Part shown: piece after piece, positions 34,250 through 48,130 of the stretch
Position numbering within the stretch: the stretch's first letter is position 1
Layout: each line of letters starts with the position of its first letter
Assembly: GCA_964016885.1 (NCBI GenBank)
Contig: OZ024759.1
Coordinates: 36,456,001-36,520,000 of the forward strand
DNA length: 64,000 nucleotides
Reading direction: 5' to 3'
DNA from: Eledone cirrhosa
Taxonomy: Eukaryota
The notes under the pieces: model-generated
The model's input: the letters and a program-made list of their open reading frames with translations, nothing else
What the model was told of the DNA's origin: nothing
Databases searched by the model: none
Translations under genes and position numbers: made by a program

Positions 34250-34913
34250 TACAATTATCAAAGTTATGTTCAAATCATTTAATAGCTGACAATCGTTTCT
34301 TCCAAACTTTAGTTTGGAGTCATCGGAGCATTATCAATGTTTGTACATATAATTACCCTCCTATTCAACTGAACAATAATATAGATACATATATATTGAT
34401 GTTGAGAGACACAGTTTCGTATTTACAGGGTGGAATGGATGTGACATATATTTATGAGAATTGTACAATAATTGTACAAACATCTATATTATTCATCTAT
34501 ATATGCATAATAGCTTTGCTTGTCTCCTCATGTATATGACTTATGCAGTCACAATATCCACACGGCTGCATATGAATTGTTATCGCACTCTTCCTTTCTC
34601 AAAGCCTCTTTAATATTTGGACTGTTCCCTTGTTTTAACTGTGCATGTATTCCACTCCGTGCTTTTGATTTTAACTTAAATGCTTGTACAATTATTGTAC
34701 AATTCTCGCAAAATATATGTCACATCCATTCCACCCTGTAAATACGAAACTGTGGCTCACAACATCAATATATATGTATCTATATTATTGTTCAGTTGAA
34801 TAGGAGGGTAATTATATGTACAAACATTGATAATGCTCCGATGACTCCAAACTAAAGTTTGGAAGAAACGATTGTCAGCTATTAAATGATTTGAACACAA
34901 CTTTGATAATTGT
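34250..34913. repeat. Long inverted repeat, ~230-bp arms around a ~205-bp spacer
   Basis: 34250-34479 matches the reverse complement of 34684-34913 with few mismatches. Each arm carries a hammerhead-like motif. Confidence 0.9.
34832..34883 (+). ncRNA. Type I hammerhead-like motif with variant core CCGAUGA (mirror copy on minus strand at 34281-34332)
   Basis: AATGCT-CCGATGA-CTCCAAAC taaa GTTTGGAA-GAA-ACGATTGT-C-AGCTATT; GUC triplet. Confidence 0.65.
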
Positions 34914-35080
34914 ATAATTTATTTATTACATACATATATATACACACATAGATACATATACATACACATACACACATATACATACACATACACACATATA
35001 CATATACATACACATACACATACATATATATACATACATACATATACATACATACATACATACATATATACATACATACA

Positions 35081-35114
<34 letters not shown>

Positions 35115-35969
35115 CATACATACATACATATATACATACATACATATATATATACATACATACATATATATATACATACATACATATATACATACATACA
35201 TATATACATACATACATATATATATACATATATATATATATACATACATACATATATATATACATACATACATATATATATACACATATATATATACATA
35301 CATACATATATATATACACATATATATATACATACATACATATATATATACATATATATATATACATACATACATATATATATACACATATATACATACA
35401 TACATATATATATACACATATATACATACATACATATATATATACACATATATACATACATACATATATATATACACATATATACATACATACATATATA
35501 TATACACATATATATATACATACATACATATATATATACATACATATATATATATACATACATATATATATACATACATACATACATACATACATATACA
35601 TACATATATACATACATACATATATATATACATATATATATACATACATACATATATATATACATATACATACATACATATATATATACATATACATACA
35701 TACATACATATATACATATATATATATACATACATACATATATATATACATATACATACATACATACATATATACATATATATATATACATACATACATA
35801 TATACATATATATATATACATACATATATACATATATATATATACATACATATATACATATATATATATACATACATACATATATACATACATACATACA
35901 TATATATATACATACATATATACATACATATATATATACATACATATATACATACATATATACACATAC

Positions 35970-36028
<59 letters not shown>

Positions 36029-36679
36029 CATACATATATACATACATATATATACATACATACATACATATATATACATACATACATATATATACATACA
36101 TACATACATACACATATATATACACATATATATACATATATACACATATATATATACTTATATATACACATATATATACACTTACATATACACATACATA
36201 TATATATACACACATACTTACATATACATACATATATATACACACACATACATATATATACACACCTGGAATGCTGATTATCAAATTGAAAGACACTTCA
36301 TCTTCCTTCACAGAGTTTCTATGGAAACGATGAAGGGCGGGCAGACATTGCTGAGTGTCATGTGACCTGTCATGTGATACAGGAGGGTGACACTACTATT
36401 TCTATTATATGAGGTGTGGTAAGAGGAGGGTGACACTTATGTCATGTGACCTGTGACACTGGTCGGAAGAGGAAGGGGTGAAGGAACAGACACTAATACT
36501 GGGTCATGTGATGTCATGTGACATGGGTCATGTGACATGGTTTTAGAGGGGAGGGTGACACAAACACTGTTACTGGGTCATGTGATGTCATATGGCAGGG
36601 ATCAGGTGACACAGACACTGTTACTGGGTCATGTAACATGGATCATGTGACACTATTACTGGGTCATGTGATGTAGTTG

Positions 36680-39600
36680 CTAAGGCATGGGATTTAACTG
36701 AGATGCAGCAATTTCTTCATCAAATTCTTCCCAAATCTGGAATAAATCAAAGAATATCATCATCATCATCATCACCACTATCATCATCATCATCATCATC
36801 ATCTTAACCACCACACTATCATCATCATCATAACCACATCATGTATGTATGTGAGTTAGAACGTGCATGTGTGTATAAATAGATGTATGTGTATTAATGT
36901 GTGTGTCTGTGTGTGGTTAGCTTTGCCTTTCCTCCTTACAGGGTTGATAAAATAAAGTACCAGTAATACACTGGAGTTGATTTAAAGAACTTTCCCCCTC
37001 CCTGAAAATTGTTGGCCTTGTGCCTAAATCAGAAACCATTGTACCTGTATGATGTTATCTAAACCAAAGAGGACACCATCTTCATAGGAATTCTTCCTCC
37101 AGCGACTACGATGGTTGATTTCAACCTGGTTTGGCACTGGAGTTGTCTTAGTGAAGTCTATAAGCCAAACTCCTGTTTTACCACTGCTATCATATATAGC
37201 TAACAGTGAACTTCCAATGAGCTAAAAAAAATTTTTTGAGAAAATAATTTATTAAATATAATAATGAATTTTAAGTCCTGAAATATTAGGACTTTAAAAA
37301 CAACAAAAACAAACAAAACAATGATTAGCAGGCAACTTACTTTTTTGTTACCTTCATCTTACTCTCCATTTCGTATTGTTTAGCCTTATATCACTTTTCA
37401 GATCATAATAATGAAAATCATTGTGTACAGTGCTCAGGTGCCCTACAACTACAACTCATCAAAGGTGCATGTGTAGTACATAGAATAATGTCAGGAAAGT
37501 GAACAGCGTATGAGTCATGATATACACACACATACAAACCACATGTGTGTGGAGAGGAAACATCAGGTGTAGTGTTGGCGAATTTCAGGAAGCATGGAGG
37601 TTTTAAAGGATGCAGTGTCTCGACAGCTAACAACTGATAAAGGTAGTTTGTTCCATGCTTCGGCAACTCTGAGCATGAAAAAATGTTTCCGAAAGTCATG
37701 TGCTGTTTTCTGACTTTGTAGGCATGTCCACGTGTGTTAGACACATGGAAATCATAAAGGTGCTTAGGTGGTTGTTGGCAAGATGGTTAACATCAGCTAA
37801 ATAATAATTTAGGCAAAAGACCTATAAATTTGGTGAGGTTTTTAGGTAAATATAAACATTTAAAAATAGCTTTGTACAAGATAACGAGGGATAGTTTCAG
37901 GTGGTTTAGTATGAAGATGGGAGGAGGAAAGGGAGAGATAATTAGAGAAAGAATCTGTTTATTTTTTACCTGGTGTGTCATGAAAAAGGGGGAAGATTCT
38001 AAGATGGTACGAATTTCTTTGAGACGCCAGAGAAACGACTGTCGTATGATTTTGTTTCGCAGGAATCTACAGACGATATATGATACCTGGTGATAAATAA
38101 AGAAAACATGAGTAAATGAAAAAGAAGAAAAAAACCCAAAAAATAAATATATAAAAACATAAAAACATGGCTGTGTGGTTAAGGAGTTTACTTCACAACC
38201 TAGGTGTAGGTATGGCTGTGTGGTTAGGGAGTTTACTTCACAACATACGCCTCAGACGATTAGAAACACTGTAGCTGTAATTGAAATGTCTAGCCCTGTC
38301 ACACACTGTGACTGTGGAATACTCAGCCACATACACTACAATACAAGATGGACAGTAGATATAATTGAAAGGGGTTGAGGCCTTGCTGGGGCACCACCTT
38401 TATTGCTACACTTTCTATAAGTCCCGTTCCTTGTCACACACCATGTCATACCGAGTCACACACCATGTTTTACATCCTGTCACACACCATATCACACATC
38501 CAGTTAAACACCATGTCACACGTCCAGTCATACACCATGTCACACGTCCAGTCATAGATCATGTCACCCATGTCACACTGTGTCACACACCCTGTCACAG
38601 CTGGATATTCTAAGAATCTCTACAAAGGCCCCAGAACATTAGACTTACTTGTTCTTTTGTTCTCACTTTCTTTAGGTTGGCATTTGGAGATTCCCCAGAC
38701 ATCTGAAACAACACAAATGGAATATGGTTTTCTTACAGATACATACATACACATACACACACTATATGTATATATAGATATGTATTACACATACAAATAT
38801 ATACACACACATACACACAATATATATATATATATATGTATAGCTAAATAGATAGATATGTATTATACATTCACATACATCATCATCATCATCATCGTTT
38901 AACGTCTATCTTCCACGCTAATATATAGATATGTATTATACATACACCCCACCACTCCCCACCTCCCTCTCCCGTTCCGTCCACTGTGTCGATGACACAA
39001 CAGTCCACACTGTAAGGTGGCCGTGAAGGAGATATGGTGAAAAGGCTCCCAGTCCACACTTGCCAGAAACACTTCCGTACGAGCGAGAGACGGTCTCCTG
39101 ACCATCCCACATCGAATGGATCAAAACTGTCTGACCCATGCTAGCGTGGAAGATGGACGTTAAACGATGATGATGATATGCATAATATACATATAGCCAT
39201 CCAGTCCTCAAGATGTAATAATAGTTCAAAACCTCACTCACCCTTACAGCCTCTATTCGAAACCCCAACGATGCAGATGAGCTTTGCTGTTCTCTAAACT
39301 GAAAAAGGAAAATTAATCTTATACATTTCATAATATCATAGAGTTAAACAGCAAATATTTCACAGTAAAGGAGAAAAATAAGCAGAGATCCATAATTTTA
39401 GACATAAACAACAAAGATTTCATAGTATTGGAGAAAGATAGCACAGATGTCAGTCACAGTCAACCTGCAGGCCGCATGAGGCCCGTGAAGCTTTCTGAAT
39501 GGCTCACCTAAGTGAAATCTTTCTGATTTTTTTTACCCCAACTTTTCAGTTGTGATTTATGTTTCTATCATTTTTACGATTGAAGAAAAACAACGTGTAC

Positions 39601-42600
39601 GAATTCTGAAGAAACAAATCAAAACAACCTGAATTACCAACCCTTTTTTTTAATGTGGGCACGAATGTAAATTAGCGCTTGCAGCCTGCCTGATGATGAG
39701 TAATATCTTATGCGGCCCGCTTCTCAAAAAAGGTTGCCCATGCCTGACATAGACAATGTCTTTCATTAGAAATATGGTTATGAAAGGGTTAATGCTTACC
39801 TGCATATACCGAAGTTTGGTCAGAGCTCTGACCTGTTTCTCCTGAGGTGTTGGTGCTGTTGGATCAATCATGACCATCTTCTTGAATAAATCTGTCCTTA
39901 ATGACTCGTTTTTCACTTCTGACTCAAGAAACGTCCTGCAAACATATTAACAGCAGACATCTTCACCAAATTATGCCATAACAATAGTTCACAATGTTCT
40001 ACAACACTCCACAGCAACTCGCAATATTTCAGAACGGTCCACAAATACTCACAACGGCCCACAACAATTCACAACAGCTTACAACAACTCGCAAAAGTCT
40101 GCAACAGTTCACAACAGTCCACAACAGCTCACAAAAGTCCACAGCAAATCACAACAATCCCCAAAGATTCACAACAGTTCACAAAGATTCACAATAGTCC
40201 ACAAAGATCCACAATAGCTCACAACAGTCCACAAAGATCCACAACAGCTGATAACAGTCCACAACTGATGACAACAGTCCACACAAGGATGTGCAGTCAC
40301 CAAGAGAGACCATCATAAATGGTAAGGCCAAGCATTTGTAGCAACTTTGAGGGTTTCAAACAAAATGGATGGAATTCATCGTCTTACCTGGTTCCTAGTT
40401 TCATATCTATTATGTTTGGATCATGGAAACCTTCCAGCAAATTCTGAATTTCAATGAAATCTACAAATTGTTAAGGATCATTAACCCTTCCATTCTTGTA
40501 TTCCTAATGAAATACACTGCCAATGTGTGTCAATTAAACCCTTAATATTCAGTGACCCCAGAAGATCCTATCAGTCACCTGTTAAAGTCTGTTCTATATC
40601 CAGGGGCTCATTAGGCTGGTGCTTACCCTAGTTTCCTCAGCATTAACTCTTCAGCATTTAAACCAGCCATATTCAGCCAGAATTCCCTCACCTCTTTCTG
40701 TTCAAACCAGTCATAACCAGCAGCTCATACTGATGTTAAGGTATTATGCGAGATAAAGCCATTACCATGAAAATACAACAGTATATATAGAGTTATGTAA
40801 ATGCTATCCGGCCAAAATTCTCTCACCTCTTTCTGTTCAAACCAGCTGTAACTGGCCACACATACTGATGTTAAGGTATTGTTTTTAAAATAAATAACAT
40901 CAAAATCTCGTAGATTTGATATTAGGTAAAATAAAGCCTTTGCCACAAAAATACAATAGTATATATAGAGTAATATAAATGCTAAAGGGTTAATAACCAA
41001 AAATTTGGAGGAATAACTAATCTAATACACATGCAATGAAAAATAAGATTTTCATTATATGTGTATTATATATGGACCCATAACACCTGATGATATGGGT
41101 GCTGTAATAACATAAGGAAGGGGTGTCTGGGACATTTTAAACCTAGCAGAGCCCATCCCCTCTCCAGGTCTGAACACAGCCAATTTCTTCCAAAGAAGGA
41201 GAGAGTGGAAAACTAGGATTTTGGTCAATCAATGATAAACGTTGATTGACAGCTAAATTATTTATGGAAATATTTAAAAATATTTTTTAAATATACTGAA
41301 ACTGAAACCAAACCAAACAGTACTTTTTACTATGACAAAAAGCACCCACCACACACTGTAAAGTGGTTGTTTTGGTGTCACAATGAAAAGCACCCAGTCC
41401 ACACTGTAAAGTGGTTTTGGTGTCACAATCAAAAGAACCCAGCACACACTGTAAAGTGGTTGGTGTTAGGAAGGGCTTCCTAACAAATGAGGAGGACTAC
41501 ACCTAATATTCCCCATCCATACACACGCACACATGTCTATCATGACTCATACATTATTCACTTCCCTGACATTTGTATATTATTCTATGTACCATACATG
41601 CACCTTTGATGAGTTGTAATGCACCTGAGCACTGTACACTATTTTCATTATTATTATTATTATATATTATTTACGTAAGAAGTGCCAAGGAAACTGCAAC
41701 AGAGAAAGTACTGTATATGTGTATAAGTATGTGTACATGTGTATGTGTGTAAGTATGTGTACATGTATATGTGTATAAGTATGTGTACATGTATGTGTGT
41801 AAGCATATGTTGTGTATGAATGTAGCCATCCCTGTGTATGTAATTATGTATGTGTATAGGATACATTGTCCATGGTATTCTATCTGTTGGTAGAAGTGAG
41901 GAACAATTGACTTGGCTATGTCAGACTGCAATTCTTTGTATGTTTGGAACTCATTGCTGTCGTCAGCCAACCTTCTCTTCCAAATAGTAGTATTGGTAGC
42001 TGGGGCAAAGGTTTCTACAACAGAGACAGAGAGTAGAGACACAAGCTTAGTTTTAACATCAATTAATTTATAATAATTAGTAATAGCATTAACATAGTTA
42101 CTGGTTCATAACAGGTGTATCCCCCCCTCCATACATACGCACACATGTATATCATGACTCATCCACTGTTCACTTTCCTGACATTTGTAAATTTTTCTAT
42201 GTACTATACATGCACCTTTGATGAGTTGTAGTGCACCTGAGCACTGTACACAATAATTTCATTATTATTATTATTATAAAGGTACATGTTTATTATTACA
42301 GCCCACCCTGTAAGAGTGGAGGCCCATAGCCTAGCAGTAAGATTTGATTCCTGGGTTGTGCGTTGTGTTCTTCAAAGAAACACTTCGTTTCATGCTGCTC
42401 CAGTATACTCAGCTGAAAGTCAGTACCAGTAATAGCTGCAGGTTTAACCCTGTGATGGACTGGAATAAGCACTGGCCTAACGAGCCTTAAGACAGACTTT
42501 AGATCCTCTAAGAGGCTCGTGCTGGTGCCATGAAAGGATGAAAAGCAAAGTTAACCTCGGCGGGATTTGAACTCAAAATGGCAAGGGTCGTAACTATGCG

Positions 42601-43169
42601 TCAAAGCATGGTGTCCAACATAATGTTTCTACTTTAGGCACAAGGCCAGCAATTACCCCAGTGCATTACTGGTACTTTATTTTATCAACCCCGTAAGGAT
42701 GAAAGGCAAAGCTAACCACGGTGGGATTTGAACTCAAGAATGATAGGGCTTCCAAATATTTATACTTATTTAAATTTGTATTTCTTATTCCACAATGCTT
42801 CAAGCAAACTACAACACTGTTATAATAATAATTGTTTCTACTTTTGGCACAAGGCCAGTAATTACCCCAGTACATTACTGATACTTTATTTTATCGACCC
42901 CGAAAGGATGAAAAGCAAAGTTAACCTCGACGGGATTTGAACTCAGACCGTAAAGGGACTTAACTCTATGCTGCAAAGCATGGTGACCGACTCTCTACCG
43001 ATACTGCCAATCCAACACAAGAAGAAGGCAAAGAAGATTAAGAAGAAGAAGATAATAAACAAAAGGAGAATGAAGCCAGCTTACGGTCATGTCCAGCCAA
43101 TTGTATCCAACTCTCAGCTTTGGGTTTCGTAAAAGACAATTTTGACTTTGACGATTCACAATAAATCCT
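36680..43169 (-). CDS. Inositol-trisphosphate 3-kinase (IPK family), 9 confidently placed exons; N-terminal exon(s) uncertain
   Basis: Exons (minus) 43169-43085, 42014-41865, 40460-40388, 39935-39800, 39298-39242, 38702-38649, 38086-37970, 37221-37045, 36736-36680. All are GT-AG and in frame (906 nt including TAG). Motifs [25 protein letters not shown] (PxxxDxKxG), [42 protein letters not shown]. Confidence 0.9.
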
Positions 43170-43883
43170 CTGGGAAAAGAGAAAAAATACTTTTAAAAAA
43201 TGGAAAAATGTATAATTCATAAATTGTAAAATCTACATTAAGAAAATAGAGTTTATAGCAGACTATATGTATATCTAAGTGGTGCATTCTTCTCTCTTAC
43301 ACACTACATCTGATTCCTCTTATGCCCAGGTCTTCCTCTACTGCAGCTTCCTTCCACTGGGAATTCCTGACATTTCTTCACCCAACATTCATCATCCATA
43401 CACATCACATGTCTATACCAGTGCAGTCTTCTCTCTTACACACTACATCTGATTCCTCTGAATTATGACAATGATGGTAAAGTTATTTATAGTGATGATG
43501 ATGATGATAGCAACATTGATTATAATGATGATGATTGTGATGATGGTGGAAAAGTTGGTTATAGTGATGATGATGATGATGATGGCAATGTTGATTATAA
43601 TGATGATGATGATTATAATGATGATGATGATGATCCAACTTCCCTCCAGTCTTAGTAATATCCTCTTTTTATTTATATATATTCGTAATTTTATTATATT
43701 TATGTTGTTTTGTTTTTGTTTGAAACTAACTCTCCAAAAGGAAATAAAATATATGAAACCGGATTTGATTCAGAACCAAACTCCTATCAACTCATCCCAG
43801 CTGGATTCTAAGTACATCTGGAAGTGTGTGTGTGTGTGTGGCTGTCTGTCTGTCTGTGTGTGTCTGTGTCTCACTTATTGACA

Positions 43884-43939
<56 letters not shown>

Positions 43940-44964
43940 TATAAATTACACCTCAGCTGCTAGTGCACTTCTCAATATATATATATATACTTATATACAC
44001 ACAGAGTGTGTGTGTGTGCGTGTGTGCGTGCGTGTGCATGTGTGTATAAAATGGAGTAGAAATTTTAAGAAATTAACCGTTTTGTTACCTTAAAGTTTGT
44101 ATATAAAATTATGATGGAAGGTTTTTTTTAGATAGATCTAAACACTTTAACCCTTTTGTTACCATATTTCTAATGAAGAAGGATATTGTGTGTTTTTAAA
44201 TAATTTTGAAAATAATCTGTAATTAAGCTGGTGTTTGGAACATAACTTAATAAAGGGTTTAACATGAAATTATGATGGAAGGGATTTAGTTAAATATAAT
44301 CACTTCAACCCTTTCATTACCATATTTCTAATGAAAGACACTGTTGGTGTTTGGAACATAACTTAAAGGTTCTTGCATTAAATTATGATGGAAAGGGTTT
44401 AGATAAATATAAATACTTTAGAATATAATTTTGTATCATAGAAGCAGGGCAAGTTTTAAGTGGTCTGGCATCAAAATGGTTAAGGACAGAGCCAGATTTA
44501 CTATTGTGCTAAGTTATGCTTAGCCCTTTAATGTTCAAACCGGCCAAAATCCTCTACCTCTTTCTGTTGAAACTAGCTGTAACTGGTCGCTCAAACTGAT
44601 GTTAAGGTAAGGTATTGTTCTCAAAATAAATACTTTCAAAATCTCAGATTCGATATTATGTGAGATAATTATGTGAGGTAAAGCCTTTAACATGAAAATA
44701 CAATAGTATATACAGAGTAATGTAAATGTTATGTGAGATATTATGTGAGGTAAAGTCTTTACTGTGAAAATATAATAGTATATATAGAGTAATGTGAATG
44801 CTAAAGAGTTAAACACAGGGCTCCGTTAGCTAGGAGGGACCATTTTCCTGCCAAATATTTTTATGGTGAATTTTTCAAATGTAAGAGGTCTCATAACTTA
44901 ACTAGCACAGGGCCTCATTTGTCCAGCAGCTATTAGGGATGAAATATAAATGTGGACCACCTAC

Positions 44965-44999
44965 CTGATCTCTTGGGGAGTTAAGGAACATGTTGTGGT
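44965..44999 (-). CDS. Candidate upstream 35-nt exon of the IP3 3-kinase gene (ATG at 44991, MFLNSPRDQ)
   Basis: gtttctacag acceptor and CAG|GTAGGT donor. Ends in phase 0, in frame with the exon starting at 43169. Confidence 0.5.
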
Positions 45000-45606
45000 C
45001 TGTAGAAACAGTAAGAACAATCCCAGCACTGGACATCTACCTCACCAGTAATAAGATGCTAGTGGAAGTGAGAGGAGGAGAGGGAAAAGGACTTGGTGGT
45101 GGTGAAGAGAGGTGGAGGGAGAAATAGACTTTGTAATTTAGTGGTGGTGGAGTTGGCAGTGGTATGGTGTTGGGTGTGGTGGAAGTGAGAGAAGTGGAGG
45201 GGAATAGACTTGTTAATTTAATGATAGTGGTGGTGGTGATGGTGGTGAGAAGTGGAGAGATCTCAATGAGTCATTGTCAACAAAAACAACAAGACACACA
45301 GTAAAGGTACATCTAAATGGATACACAGCTTGCTAGAAATAGCAGCCACGTCTCAGCTCCAGTGTCTTAAAACTTGAATAACACATTAGATAATGTACTC
45401 CTAGATAGACAACACTTTAAAACAGGAATAATATATTGAATAATGTACTCCTAGATAGATAACTGTGTTAAGTTTGTTAAGTTATGTTCCAAACAACAGA
45501 TTAATAATGAGAAAATTAGTTATTTTAATAAATCCATTCATTAGAAATATGGTAATGAAAGAGTTAACTCTTCAGCATTTAAACCAGCCATATCCAGCCA
45601 GAATTC

Positions 45607-45882
45607 ACTGGGCTAATATATGGGACACCGGGCTAATATATGGGACACTGGGCTAATATATGGGACACCGGGCTAATATATGGGACACCGGGCTAATATA
45701 TAGGCCACTAGGCTAATATATGGGCCACCGTGCTAATATATGGGACACCGGGCTAATATATGGGCCACTGCCGGGCTAATATATGGGACACCGGGTTAAT
45801 ATATGGGACACTAGGCTAATACGTGTGCCACTGGGTTAATATATGGGACACAGGGTTAATATATGGGCCACCAGGCTAATAT
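45607..45882. repeat. 20-bp minisatellite (GGGCTAATATATGGGACACC), about 13 copies
   Basis: Direct tandem units; one or two related units at ~2200-2225. Confidence 0.9.
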
Positions 45883-46144
45883 TGAATGGCCCATAGAGCT
45901 TTCCTTGACTACTATTCCTTAACCCTTTACCATCTACATTACTATTTATATTACTGTATTTTCGTGGTAAATACTTTACCTTACATAATTATCTCACATA
46001 ATATTGAATCTACGAGATTTTAAGGTTATTTATTTTATAATAATAAAAATAATTGTTTCTACTTTTGGCACAAGGCCAGCAATTACCCAGTGCATTACTG
46101 GTACTTTATTTTATCAACCCCGTAAGGATGAAAGGCAAAGTTTA

Positions 46145-46572
46145 ATAATAATAATGAAATTATTGTGTACAGTGCTCAGGTGCACTACAACTCATCAAAG
46201 GTGCATGTATAGTACATAGAATAATATACAAATGTCAGGGAAGTGAACAGTGTATGAGTCATGATATAAACACAGACACACACGTGTGTGGAGGGGGGAT
46301 ATTAGGTGTAGTGTTTGAGAATTACAGGAAGTATGGAGGTTTTAAAGGATGCAGTGTCTCGACAGCTAACAACTGATGCAGGTAGTTTATTCCATGCTTC
46401 AGCAACTCTGAGCGGGAAAAAATGTTTCCAAAAGTCATGGGAGCTGTGCTGTTTTCTGATTTTGTAGACATGCCCACGTGTGTTAGACACATGGAATTCA
46501 AAAAGGTACTCAGGGTTGTTGTTGGCAAGATGGTTAATAATTTTGTGGGTGTTTACCAAGTCAGTTGCCAGA
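46145..46572 (-). mobile_element. CR1/L2-like LINE 3' end with (TTA)n tail; copies at 37405-37790, 48100-48640 (-), 41500-41660 and 42110-42277 (+)
   Basis: [35 protein letters not shown]...SFK, a typical CR1-group C-terminus, followed by a shared 3' UTR. Confidence 0.75.
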
Positions 46573-47156
46573 ACAATATCTTAACATCAGTATGAGTGGC
46601 CAGTTACAACTGGTTTGAACAGATAGAGGTGAGAGTATTCTGGCCAGTTACAGCCTGTTTAAATGCTAAAGGTTTCAATTAATGAAATTAATGCTTGTGA
46701 AATTGTCTGTGTCCAATAAATATAGTTGTATCTTTATTGGATATATTCTATGTAAAATGGAAGTTATGTTTTACACTATAATAATTTCATGGACCACAGA
46801 AACATTCTGAATTCAAAGTAGGTGATGAGCTAAAGGTTGGGAATCACTGGTCTATATGATAAACTCACCCAGTACACACACTGTATAGTTGTTGGTGATT
46901 GGAAGGGCATCAAATCATAGAAAACCTGCAAATGAAAGGATTGGGAGGACTCTTCAGTTGTGTCAAAAGTATAACAACCCTCATTAGTGCCACTGTCATG
47001 ATAGAATGTGCATTTAATAGAGTGTGGGATTAGATGTAAGTGAGGTGCAGGCCCCCAGCTAGTCTAAGAGGTCAGTAGCCCTGCTTGAGTACTTAATTGG
47101 TCTGTCAAGTCCTATCCAAACCTTGCTAGCAGGGAAAACAGATGGTAAATGTTGAA

Positions 47157-47446
47157 GATGATGATAATGGTGATGATGATGATGGCGATGGCGATGGTGG
47201 TGTTGATGATGGTGATGGTGGTGATGATGGTGATGGTGGTGATGATGACGATGGTGGTAGTGTTGATGATGACGATGGTGGTGGTGGTGTTGATGATGAT
47301 GATGGTGGTGGTGTTGATGATGGTGATGATTATGGTGGTGATGACGATGATGGTGATGATGGTGATGATGATGATGGTGGTGGTGGTGGTGATAGTGGTA
47401 GTGATGATGCTGATAGTGGTGGTGGTGGTGATGATGGTGATGATGG
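47157..47446. repeat. (GAT/GGT)n trinucleotide repeat
   Basis: Directly visible; similar tracts at 43465-43635, 49420-49710 and 61268-61480. Confidence 0.9.
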
Positions 47447-47820
47447 TCTAGAATAGATTTCAGAGAAGATTCTAGATAAAGTGGATAAAGAATGAATCCC
47501 ATTGTTTGAGAAAAAAAATTAAGTAGTGCGGAATAGATATTTAAATTGGAGTGTTTAGATGGAGGTGACAAGGACAGATTTCATTCAAGTTTTTATTTTA
47601 CTGTATTTTATTTTATACTCAGTATTTCAGAATAAATTTCAGTGAAAATTTTAGATGAAATGATAAAGAATGAATTCCATTGTTTGGAAGAAAAAAAAAA
47701 ACAAGAATGAAGCGCTGTGGAATAAATGTTTGAATTAGAGTTTTTAGATGAAGGTGACAAGAACAGATTTCATTGAAAAATATTGTGTAGAAGGAAGTTA
47801 TTTAGTGCTTCAATACTTAC

Positions 47821-47856
47821 AGGATTGAGAGCAGGAAATATTACAGGAGAATCCAT
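47821..47856 (-). CDS. Candidate alternative first coding exon (MDSPVIFPALNP) or 5' UTR exon of the IP3 3-kinase gene
   Basis: Strong donor CCT|GTAAGT at 47820. ATG at 47856 is preceded by an in-frame stop. Phase 0 is compatible with the exon at 43169. Confidence 0.35.
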
Positions 47857-48086
47857 CGTACCAATAAAAACAGCAGAAGATACGTTATTAATATTTCAGA
47901 TTAGATGGTGAAAATGTTCAATGACGTCATTGTATATATCTATCATAGCTTTTGACATAAAAGGAAAAAGAGGAAAGAAAAAGTAACAGAAATTAATAAG
48001 ATTACAAAGAATTTGAGAAAAAAGAAAATTGTTTAAATATCAGATATGGAAATATAGATTTTTTTATACATATATATATACATATA

Positions 48087-48130
<44 letters not shown>

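Larger units (their letters stand above)
30830..36260. repeat. Large (TA)/(TACA)/(CA) compound microsatellite fields (30830-31513, 32111-34010, 34927-36260)
   Basis: Directly visible low-complexity sequence. Confidence 0.95.

Noticed and set aside
30631-36311. Long ORFs of 230-730 aa rich in I/Y/M/C/V/H/T
   Set aside because: They are translations of (TA)/(TACA) microsatellites that lack stop codons in several frames; not proteins.
47059-47571. Poly-His / poly-Asp-Gly ORFs
   Set aside because: Trinucleotide (GAT/GGT)n repeat with no splice or homology support.
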